Below, piece after piece: positions 37,876 to 45,452 of a stretch of 64,000 nt of DNA. Within the stretch, counting starts at the first letter, position 1. Every line of letters starts with the position of its first letter. Both the position numbers and the translations under genes were made by a program. The stretch comes from Nitrospinota bacterium (GTDB taxonomy: Bacteria; UBA8248): NCBI GenBank assembly GCA_026706735.1, contig JAPOYD010000141.1, positions 870 through 64,869 of the forward strand, given 5' to 3'. The notes beneath the pieces are model-generated. The model saw only the letters and a list, made by a program, of their open reading frames with translations. It was not told the DNA's origin and ran no database searches.

Positions 37876-38330
37876 CAGAACCCCAGCAGCCCGCGGGGGA
37901 AGTGCACGTTCAACGCCTTGACGAAGAGGGCGAAGGCCGCCGCCGAGGCGACAGCCGAGATCAGGAGACCCCGCAGGAGGGACTGGCGGTCGATCACGAG
38001 CCAGCAGAACGCCATGAAGATGAAAGTCGCCGCCAGGAACCCGGACACTTCGAGCAGGAGGCCGAATAGCGCCGTTCCCGCCATGACGGAGAGAACCCGC
38101 CTGTACCCGGCGAGCGTGAATACGGCTTGGGCGGTCGCTTCATCCTCCGGGTTTGGGCGGGGGGAGCGCCAAATCAGATAGAGCGAAGTGGCCGCCAGGC
38201 CAAAGCAAATCCAGAAAGGGAAAAATCCCGGCTCGGGCCGGTTGACGCTCCCCAGCCCCAGCCGGTAGGCGAACCAGCCCATGAGCATCGAGACGGCGAG
38301 CAGCGCCGCGGGAGGGGCTATCCTGCGCAT
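37875..38330 (-). CDS. tctB: tripartite tricarboxylate transporter, small permease
   Basis: 151 aa with 4 TM segments. The stop overlaps the tctA start (ATGA). Positioned between tctC and tctA. Confidence 0.75.
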   Translation of the reverse strand: MRRIAPPAALLAVSMLMGWFAYRLGLGSVNRPEPGFFPFWICFGLAATSLYLIWRSPRPNPEDEATAQAVFTLAGYRRVLSVMAGTALFGLLLEVSGFLAATFIFMAFCWLVIDRQSLLRGLLISAVASAAAFALFVKALNVHFPRGLLGF

Positions 38331-38339
38331 GAGCCCGCT

Positions 38340-39308
38340 CTATTTTTTCTTGATGCCGACGGCCTTCATGATCTCCTTGGAAGTCTCGTGGTCCTGCCGG
38401 GCGAGCTTCTTGGCGCCCGCCCCGTCCACGAATTCCACGCGGAAGCCCGCCTTGTTCAATTTCTTCACCACCGCCGGGTCATTGGCTGTCTTCTTGAGGG
38501 CCGCGGAGAGCTTGTCGAGAACGGCCTTGGGCGTTCCCTTCGGCGCCCACAGTCCGGCCCACAGCCCGATGCTCGCCCGTCCGAGTCCCTTTTCCTTCAA
38601 AGTCGGAATCTTGGGGAACTTGGGATCCCGCGCGTTGTCCGTGATGGCCAGGCCCACCAGCTTGCCCGCGCGGATGAGCGCCTGCATCGCGCCGAACCCG
38701 CCGGCGGAGAAGTCCACGTGGCCGCCCAGGGCGGCGTTGCGCGCAGGGCCTGAGCCCTTGTAGTGCACCGGCGTGGCCTTAAGGCCTTGCATGGCGAGAA
38801 TGGCCGCCATGGTGAGGTACGGCGCGGTCGGCGCTCCGCTCGTGCCGTAGTTCAGCTTTCCGGGGTTTTTCTTGATGTAGGCGAGCAGGCCGTCGAGGTT
38901 CTTCCAGCGCATGTCGGGTTTGGAGACGATGCCCGTCGCGCCGAAGGCGTACGCGCCGATGTACTCGTAATCATCCAGCCCGAAGGACAGGGTGCGCAGC
39001 GCCGTTCCCACGGTGAGGGGCGCGGACATGGTGGAGAGGATGGTGTAGCCGTCCGGCTTGGCCTTCTTGACGTAGGTGTAGGCGATGGCGCCGCCTGCGC
39101 CGGGCTTGTTGACGAGTTGGATGGCGCCGCCGAAATTCTTCTGGAGCGCAGGATGGATGATGCGGATCGTGGTGTCTCCCGGTCCTCCCGGCGGGAAGGA
39201 GATGATGAACTGAACGGGGTAGCCGGGGTATTTTGCGGAATGCGCGCTCTTGACCGGCAGGCAAATCAGCGCAACGACGAACAGGAACAACAGCGAACGA
39301 CGAGGCAT
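38340..39308 (-). CDS. tctC: tripartite tricarboxylate transporter substrate-binding protein (Bug/TctC family)
   Basis: Signal peptide MPRRSLLFLFVVALICLPVKSAHS, then FPPGGPGDT and NKPGAGG. GGAGGA lies 7-8 nt before ATG 39308, so the second Met is preferred. Confidence 0.88.
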   Translation of the reverse strand: MPRRSLLFLFVVALICLPVKSAHSAKYPGYPVQFIISFPPGGPGDTTIRIIHPALQKNFGGAIQLVNKPGAGGAIAYTYVKKAKPDGYTILSTMSAPLTVGTALRTLSFGLDDYEYIGAYAFGATGIVSKPDMRWKNLDGLLAYIKKNPGKLNYGTSGAPTAPYLTMAAILAMQGLKATPVHYKGSGPARNAALGGHVDFSAGGFGAMQALIRAGKLVGLAITDNARDPKFPKIPTLKEKGLGRASIGLWAGLWAPKGTPKAVLDKLSAALKKTANDPAVVKKLNKAGFRVEFVDGAGAKKLARQDHETSKEIMKAVGIKKK

Positions 39309-39531
39309 GACGTTTTCCTCCATGCTGCAGGAAATGCGGGGAACAACGCCGCCCCCGGCATATCTCCTGACTCAGGGGTCGAAAAAAAACCTCTTCCATG
39401 CGGATTGTCTTTAGTTTCAGAGAGTATAGCAAAATGGCGCGCCCGGTGTCATCGGGCGAAATCTGCGCCTTGCGGGGATGTTGGAAAACCCCTCGTCGGG
39501 GGTGGGCATCCCGATCATCGAATTGTTTGCC

Positions 39532-39628
39532 GTAGGGACAGGCCTCCGTGCCTGTCCTGACGTGTTGGTCGCCATCATCCCGTAGCCGAACAGGCCATTG
39601 CCTGTTCGGGGTCGCGACCTGTCCCTAC
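39532..39628. repeat. REP hairpin cluster
   Basis: GTAGGGACAGGCCTCCGTGCCTGTCC ... GTAGCCGAACAGGCCATTGCCTGTTCGGGGTCGCGACCTGTCCCTAC. Confidence 0.85.
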
Positions 39629-39774
39629 AGAACCATCGCGTTTTACTTAGCCCCTCGTCGGGGGTATTGCCTTTACCCCCCTGACAAGGGGGGACAGGGG
39701 GTTGCTTTCAAGCCGAGAAAAGGCAAACGGGGGGAGTGGTTCTCGCGTCCCCCTCGCCTCGATTCTCAGGCCCC

Positions 39775-39801
39775 GTAGGGATAGGTTGCGACCTGTCCGG
39801 C
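39775..39801. repeat. REP variant GTAGGGATAGGTTGCGACCTGTCCGGC
   Basis: Degenerate copy of the 28-nt palindrome. Confidence 0.75.
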
Positions 39802-39814
39802 GTTCGTTTTTGCT

Positions 39815-39956
39815 CGTCATTCCGGCGAATGCCGGAATCCAGAACCGATGAGAGAACCCGTGGTTTGAGGAATCCCGCCACCTCAACCGGTTCGCCGCTT
39901 TCCCGCATATCTTCCATACCCGTCCGCTCTGGATTCCGGCATTCGCCGGAATGACG
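39815..39956. repeat. family-1 MITE-like element, full copy
   Basis: Arms at 39815-39842 and 39927-39956. Confidence 0.85.
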
Positions 39957-40040
39957 GTGAATTGACAGGATGGAGGAATCATCTAAAGGTACGAGGGAGC
40001 CTGCCTCTTCCTATCATCTCCGCCGGAATGACACTCCCCC

Positions 40041-40481
40041 CTATCCTCCCAGATACGCGCGTAGATTCTCCAGGCACTCGCTCCAGCCTCCCTGGTGCTC
40101 GTCGCGCATGTTCTCATCCGGGAATCCCTCATGCGTGAGGGTAACGGTGGTCTCATTGCCCTCTCCGGTGAAGTCGATGCTCACCAGGGTTTCGGGGTAA
40201 TCCCAATCCCCCCGCTCCCAGCGGAAGGTGAAGACGAGCCGCTCGGGCGGGCGTATCTCGACGAACGCCCCGTTCAGATAGAAAGACTCACCCTCATTCG
40301 TCCGCATCTCGACGCGGTATCTCCCACCGACGCTTACATCCATCTCGGCGCTGGGGACGGTGTGTCCCTCCGTTCCCCACCAGCTCTTGAGTGCGTCAGC
40401 CTCCGTCCACGCGGCGAATACTCTCTCCCTGGGCGCCTGGAAGGTTCGTTTGATGAGCAGCGTCATTTTCGTTTCGATCAT
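40041..40481 (-). CDS. SRPBCC-superfamily protein (AHSA1/START-like)
   Basis: 146 aa. FQAPRERVFAAWTEADALKSWWG and its pairing with an ArsR gene are typical. Confidence 0.75.
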   Translation of the reverse strand: MIETKMTLLIKRTFQAPRERVFAAWTEADALKSWWGTEGHTVPSAEMDVSVGGRYRVEMRTNEGESFYLNGAFVEIRPPERLVFTFRWERGDWDYPETLVSIDFTGEGNETTVTLTHEGFPDENMRDEHQGGWSECLENLRAYLGG

Positions 40482-40816
40482 TTCGAAGTCTCCGTGTCTG
40501 TCGTTTCATCGAGGTAGCGGGCGAGGGCGTCGAAGCCCTCCTCCCAGAATCGCTGGTGAAAATCGAGCCATTCGGACGCCTCGCGCATCGCTTCGGCCTT
40601 TAAGCTCAGACGATGAACGCGGCCTCTTTTTTCTCTATGGATCAAGCCGGCGCGCTCCAATACGCGAAGATGCTTTGAAATCGCCGGCAGGGAAATATCG
40701 AAAGGCGCGGCCAGACGGGTGACGGTCGCCTCTCCCCGGGAGAGACGCGAGAGAATGGCCCGCCTCGTGGGGTCCGAGAGCGCGGAGAAAGTGGCGTCGA
40801 GACCTGCTGCGTTCAT
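40478..40816 (-). CDS. ArsR/SmtB-family transcriptional regulator
   Basis: FSALSDPTRRAILSRL...LPAISKHLRVLERAGLI. 4-nt overlap with the downstream SRPBCC gene. Confidence 0.88.
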   Translation of the reverse strand: MNAAGLDATFSALSDPTRRAILSRLSRGEATVTRLAAPFDISLPAISKHLRVLERAGLIHREKRGRVHRLSLKAEAMREASEWLDFHQRFWEEGFDALARYLDETTDTETSK

Positions 40817-40917
40817 GGGTCGGCATACCCTCCTTGGTGGGGGGAATTCACTCCCAGCTAACGTGGTTGCGGGCTTCTCTCTTGAACAACATTGCTAACC
40901 AACGAGAGAGAAGAGAA

Positions 40918-41082
40918 TCACTCCCCCCTTGAGGGGGAGTCGAAGAGGCCGAGCGGTTTGTGCGAAGGCCGATTCGGTGGGGGGTGAATCGCGTTTTATC
41001 GTCATGCCGAATAATACCCCCCACCGATTCGCTTGAGGGCTTACGCCCTTAGCTCATCGACTCCCCCTCAAGGGGGGAGTGA
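40918..41082. mobile_element. 165-bp MITE-like element with perfect 26-nt terminal inverted repeats
   Basis: TCACTCCCCCCTTGAGGGGGAGTCGA (40918-40943) is the exact reverse complement of 41057-41082. Each TIR is itself palindromic, and there is an internal inverted repeat CCGATTCGGTGGGGGG / CCCCCCACCGATTCG. Confidence 0.7.
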
Positions 41083-41156
41083 ACTTCAAAAGCGTGCGCG
41101 CAACCCAAATCGCTTCCCGGGACTTTTTCAACAACCCCCTCCCGGTCGCCTTCGAT

Positions 41157-41675
41157 CTAGAACGCCCAGCCGAACCCGGTGATGAATCCCCGGAGATAGC
41201 AGATCTGCCCGCAGTGCTGGTGATAGTCGCTGGCTACCCTTCCCAGGTATTCTCCCGTCTTGGCGGAGTTTCCCCCGATGTCGGTGGTTTCTTTTTCGAG
41301 GTCCTCCGCCGAAAGAGATTCCAGGGTGGCAACCGTGCGTTCGCGGACGGCGTTGGCGTAGCCGATGAGGTCTCCTTTCGTGAATTTCAAGCTCATCACC
41401 TGCTCGAGCGAGTCCCCGAAACCAATCTGTTTCGGCTCTGCGCCCAAGTCGAATTTCTCGTGCCATTTTTCAGATATCCAGACCTGCTCCTCTCCGGCGA
41501 CGGCCGCCATGGCGCAATCCTCGACCCTCGTCTTGTGCCACATCAGCCAGCCGATGGGGTTGTCCTGGTCGCTGGGCCGCTTCATGAGGTCCTCGTCCGT
41601 GAGGCCTTTCAGGGCCCGTTTCACGAGGCCGTCGCTCATCTCGAAAGTGAAGGCGATCATTTGCGCTCCGTTCAT
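41157..41675 (-). CDS. DinB-family (DinB_2) protein
   Basis: 172 aa helical bundle type. NPIGWLMWH and a C-terminal HxxxH-like HQHCGQI. Confidence 0.65.
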   Translation of the reverse strand: MNGAQMIAFTFEMSDGLVKRALKGLTDEDLMKRPSDQDNPIGWLMWHKTRVEDCAMAAVAGEEQVWISEKWHEKFDLGAEPKQIGFGDSLEQVMSLKFTKGDLIGYANAVRERTVATLESLSAEDLEKETTDIGGNSAKTGEYLGRVASDYHQHCGQICYLRGFITGFGWAF

Positions 41676-41754
41676 GTGAAGCTCCCGTCGTTTGAGTAAT
41701 GCGTGAAATGATTTGGTGATTCCATATAACTCCCGGCTTCTTGTTCCATGCTTG

Positions 41755-42171
41755 TCAGATGAGTTTCTCTTCTCGGTGGATGAAGCCGATGATCAGGCCG
41801 AACACGCCGAATTGAAGCGCGAGATAGAGCGTTTCCATTAAGACAAACGCAGACGCCCCCGGCACCTGCTGCTTGGCGACGAAGGCGAGCACGTGAGAAG
41901 TCCAGAAGAAGGCGCCCGTGATGAGGGCGAACCTGATCCCTCGCTGAAAACTGCTTCCCGCAGGCTTCAGCATCGGAAACAGGGCGCAGAGCAGAACCCC
42001 CTGAAGCACGATGGTGAGCAGACCGAGGAGAAAATCCGGCTCCCCCTCGAAGTAGCCGAACGATTCGTATCTCTCCTTGAAAAGGAGGACATGCCAGACC
42101 ACGGCGAGAAAGAACGTGCAGATCGTATAGGCGGCGGTTCCCGAGATCAGCTTCTTTGCGCCCATCATCAC
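41755..42171 (-). CDS. small integral membrane protein (DUF1761-like?)
   Basis: 138 aa with four hydrophobic segments. Family assignment is uncertain. Confidence 0.45.
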   Translation of the reverse strand: MMMGAKKLISGTAAYTICTFFLAVVWHVLLFKERYESFGYFEGEPDFLLGLLTIVLQGVLLCALFPMLKPAGSSFQRGIRFALITGAFFWTSHVLAFVAKQQVPGASAFVLMETLYLALQFGVFGLIIGFIHREEKLI

Positions 42172-42496
42172 GCCTCCATGTCTGGATGCAAGGGGGATGT
42201 CCCATCCTCGGTTGGAGTTGTGGAATGCAGCCTCCTCTCCGGGAAGCTTTCCGCCCGGATCGTTTGGCCAAAGATGTCGGAAACGATTTGTGCACGGTTC
42301 ATGGGAAGCTCCCCTTATGAGTCGTCATAAAACGATTTAATGATTAACCATCTGGTTAACTATACGGCATTCTGAACTTTCGGTCAACACGCCCCCGGGA
42401 TAGGATTTCCGATCGTCCGCCTTGTCGGGGAGCGGGTTATGGGCCATGCTTGCGTGGTGTTCGCCTCGCCGCCCGAGGACCGAGACGGGTGAGTTC

Positions 42497-43213
42497 ATGA
42501 AATCGTTTCTCATGAGACCCCTGGCCTGGATGGTCGCCATCGCCCTGCTCCCCGCCTGCTGGGGGGCGGCGCTTTCTTTCGGCAAGAACCTCCCGGCCGC
42601 TTTTCTCACAGGCAGCGGTGGCTCATATATGCCTGCGGCAGAGGGCTGGGCGTTCATCGCCGGAGCCTGCGCATACGCCGTCTGGCATCGCCTTTCGCCC
42701 CCTGAGTTTCTCTACGCCTTCGTGCACGAGTTCACGCATATGGCCTTCGCCCTCCTCACGGGCAAGAAGGTGAGTTCCTTTGAAGTCAATCAGGGGAGCG
42801 GGAAGGTGGGCTTGAGCGGCACGAACCCAATCATCACGCTCGCGCCTTATTTTTTCCCGCTCCCGACGATAGTGGTGTTGATTCTGGGAGCGCTGCTCGA
42901 CTGGACTTTCGGATACGAGGAGATTCGCTGGGCGGCGGCGTTTCTCGCCGGTCTCACGCTGAGCCTGCACGTGCTCATGACGCTCCGTGCGCTGGGCGCG
43001 TCGCAGCCCGACATCGCGCGCGGCGGGCGGATTTTCTCCTGGGCCTTCATCTTTTTCTTCGGCCTCGTTTTCATCGGCGGCGCTGCGCTCGTCTCGGCGG
43101 GCGGGTGGGGGGTGGCGGCTTCATACGGCGCCTCGATCTGGCGCGAAAGCCTGGATGCGTATGCGCTGCTCTTCGGCCTGGTGGAGCGAATCGCATGGAG
43201 CCTCGGCTCTTGA
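42497..43213 (+). CDS. membrane protein with HExxH motif (putative zinc metallopeptidase, M50/DUF3267-like)
   Basis: FVHEFTHMAFALLTGKKV inside a polytopic protein. The start is taken at MKSFLMRPLAW. Confidence 0.5.
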   Translation: MKSFLMRPLAWMVAIALLPACWGAALSFGKNLPAAFLTGSGGSYMPAAEGWAFIAGACAYAVWHRLSPPEFLYAFVHEFTHMAFALLTGKKVSSFEVNQGSGKVGLSGTNPIITLAPYFFPLPTIVVLILGALLDWTFGYEEIRWAAAFLAGLTLSLHVLMTLRALGASQPDIARGGRIFSWAFIFFFGLVFIGGAALVSAGGWGVAASYGASIWRESLDAYALLFGLVERIAWSLGS

Positions 43214-43218
43214 AGCGC

Positions 43219-43827
43219 ATGGCGCTCGCATCGCGGTTCAGGTTTTGGTGGGCGGCGCTACCTCTCCTCGTGATGGCGGGCTGCGCCTATGAGGTATCGT
43301 TGGTCCAAGGCGTCGCCAGACCGGGGAAAATAAGATCTCTCGAGCGGGTCGCCGTCGCTCCTTTTCGCTACCCCAGCGACTGGACGGGACTTTTCCGGCA
43401 CGTTTACGCGCAGGCGGGGCTCAAGGCGCCCGATGTAAGGAAAATCGAGATGGTAGAGGGCGCCTTTTTGATTCGCGACGCCATCACCGCCAAGGGGTAT
43501 CTGGTTCATCGCTGGCCGAAGGAACTCGAAAAAATCAAGGCCGACGATTTGTGGAACGCGGAAGGCGGAATCGCGGAGGCTCATCTGGCGGCGCTCAGGC
43601 GTTCGGGCGCACAGGCGGTCATGATCGCCGGAGGCGGCCGCACCTGCGAAGACGTCGAGGTGTGCGTAGCGAGGGTGGAGATACGCCTTGTGGACTTGAA
43701 TTCCCGGGAAACGCTGTGGCAATCGCAAGCCATGGCGACGACGGCGCTGTCCCAGGGGGATGAGATGAAAGCCGCCGTCTCCGAGGCGTTCGCCGCTTTT
43801 CCCGGAAAATCGCCCGCCTCGAACTGA
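43219..43827 (+). CDS. hypothetical lipoprotein
   Basis: MALASRFRFWWAALPLLVMAGC lipobox. Starts 6 nt after the upstream stop. An alternative ATG lies at 43195. Confidence 0.5.
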   Translation: MALASRFRFWWAALPLLVMAGCAYEVSLVQGVARPGKIRSLERVAVAPFRYPSDWTGLFRHVYAQAGLKAPDVRKIEMVEGAFLIRDAITAKGYLVHRWPKELEKIKADDLWNAEGGIAEAHLAALRRSGAQAVMIAGGGRTCEDVEVCVARVEIRLVDLNSRETLWQSQAMATTALSQGDEMKAAVSEAFAAFPGKSPASN

Positions 43828-43860
43828 AAGCGGAAATCTCGTAATGACGGATATCGGGTA

Positions 43861-43884
43861 GGGGCCGTTCGCGAACGGCCCTCC
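43861..43884. repeat. REP variant GGGGCCGTTCGCGAACGGCCC
   Basis: Same type as GGGGCGGTTCGCGAACCGCCCC at 51662-51683. Confidence 0.7.
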
Positions 43885-44118
43885 CGGAGAAACGGACGCT
43901 TCACGAAGTGCCCCTATGCCTCCTCGACCCGTAGATCATCGTGACGGCAAACCCTCCCGCATCGAGCCATTTCGACGCCCCCGTTTCCGCTGTTTGGACA
44001 ACCCCCGTCATGACGATTTGTCGTTCTTGGCGGACATATCGTGACAAAATGACAATTTGACCGAACGTATATATTTTTATCTTATTGATAAATAACGCCT
44101 TTTTTATTTTCTCTTAAA

Positions 44119-44134
44119 TGGCACGGCTCTTGCA
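44119..44134 (+). promoter_or_regulatory. sigma-54 promoter TGGCAC-N5-TTGCA
   Basis: TGGCACGGCTCTTGCA is a perfect match to the -24/-12 consensus. An AT-rich tract and TGACAAAA/TGACAATT/TGACCGAA repeats lie 55-80 nt upstream. Confidence 0.7.
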
Positions 44135-44144
44135 TGTTATATAA

Positions 44145-44295
44145 ACAAGCTGATCGGGACGTTCATAGGCGGCACGCCCCGGTCAGTCGGCGAGAGGAGT
44201 CGCTGATTGGGTCGGCGCTCCTCCGCCACGCAATCATACATCTCGCAACTACCCCCTGCGAGAGCCTCCTCCCGGAGACGGGAGGAGGTTTTTTA
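44145..44295 (+). ncRNA. candidate sigma-54-dependent small RNA (or terminated leader), ~150 nt
   Basis: Between the promoter and the terminator there are three further hairpins (GATCGGG/CCCCGGTC, GGCGAGAGGAG/CTCCTCCGCC, CTCGCA/TGCGAG). There is no credible ORF. Confidence 0.45.
44265..44294 (+). terminator. intrinsic terminator
   Basis: CCTCCTCCCG-GAGA-CGGGAGGAGG followed by TTTTTT. Confidence 0.85.
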
Positions 44296-44427
44296 TTGGC
44301 CTGATTTCTCTCCGACGCGGTTTTCAAGCGCGCGGTGTTGGGTTATGGTGCGTCCCGTACGAAATCATGCGGCGTCCGTTCGATGAGACGCCGGGAATTC
44401 ATCCATTCAGAGAGTGAGGAGTCAATA

Positions 44428-45426
44428 ATGGCTACGGACAAGGTGCGTCTCGCCTCTATCGGGCTGGGCTGGTGGGGCGGCGTTCTGGTGGAGGCCCTGA
44501 ACCGCAGCGGCGCCGGCGAGGTGGTGACGGGTTTCGCGCGCAGCGAAGACGCCCGCAAGGCGTTTTCGGAGAAACACGGTTGCCGGACGGCAGGCAGCCT
44601 GGACGATTTATTGAATGATCCCGAGGTGGAAGGCGTCATCGTCGCGACGCCCCATTCCACGCACCTGGACATGATCGCCCAGGCCGCATCGGCCGGAAAG
44701 CACGTGTTCGTCGAGAAGCCGCTCACGCTGACGGTCGATGAGGCCAAAAAGGCGGTCGAGGCGGCCTCTGCCGCGAACGTCACCTTACAAGTCGGCCACC
44801 ACCGCCGTCGCCAGGGCGCGAATCGCAGGATGCGCGAGATGATCGAGGGTGGCGAGTTGGGCGTGGTGCATCAGGTGGAAGCCAACCTCTCGCTTCCCAT
44901 GGGTTTCGAAGCAAGGGATGGCTGGCGCAACGATCCCGCTGAATGCCCGGCGGGTTCGATGACGGGCCTGGGCGTCCACATGATCGACAACCTCCAGCAC
45001 CTGGCCGGTCCCGCGAAGAAAGTGGCCGCGTTCAGCAAGAAACTGCTCGGCAAGACGAACCTCGACGATGCGACGAGCATCATCATCGAATACGAGAGCG
45101 GCCCGCTCGGGCATATCGGAAGCTCTTTCGTGGTTCCCAAGATCTGCGACACCGCGGCCTTCGGCACGAAGATGCGGGCCTACAGCGAAGAGGAGGGCGG
45201 GAAGCTCTACGTGGCCAAGGTGGGCGAGGATGCCCGCTCCGAGGTCGAGGTCGCGGGCGGAGACGCCCTCGCGGATGAGATGGATGAATTCTGCAAGTGC
45301 ATCCGGGGCGAGGCGACGCCCGAAACCGGCGGGCCCGAGGGGCTCGAGGTCGTCGCCGTGCTCGAGGCGGTCGTCCAGAGCGCGACGACGGGTCAGGTGG
45401 TGGACGTGGCGGCCCTTCGCGGATAG
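44428..45426 (+). CDS. Gfo/Idh/MocA-family oxidoreductase
   Basis: VRLASIGLGWWGG Rossmann start and EKPLTLT motif. GAGGAG lies 7 nt upstream of ATG 44428. Confidence 0.85.
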   Translation: MATDKVRLASIGLGWWGGVLVEALNRSGAGEVVTGFARSEDARKAFSEKHGCRTAGSLDDLLNDPEVEGVIVATPHSTHLDMIAQAASAGKHVFVEKPLTLTVDEAKKAVEAASAANVTLQVGHHRRRQGANRRMREMIEGGELGVVHQVEANLSLPMGFEARDGWRNDPAECPAGSMTGLGVHMIDNLQHLAGPAKKVAAFSKKLLGKTNLDDATSIIIEYESGPLGHIGSSFVVPKICDTAAFGTKMRAYSEEEGGKLYVAKVGEDARSEVEVAGGDALADEMDEFCKCIRGEATPETGGPEGLEVVAVLEAVVQSATTGQVVDVAALRG

Positions 45427-45452
45427 CTTTTGGCGTAATTTTGGAGGAAACG

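Noticed and set aside
42169-42302. 44-codon minus-strand ORF (MNRAQIVSDIFGQTIRAESF...) whose stop overlaps the start of the membrane-protein gene 41755..42171
   Set aside because: The overlap geometry (GTGATGATG) is suggestive, but there is no SD and no recognisable motif, so it cannot be supported from sequence alone.
44133-44306. 57-codon ORF (MLYKQADRDVHRRH...) within the candidate sRNA
   Set aside because: Its ATG lies inside the -12 element of the sigma-54 promoter, so it would not be on the transcript. It has no SD and a compositionally odd product.
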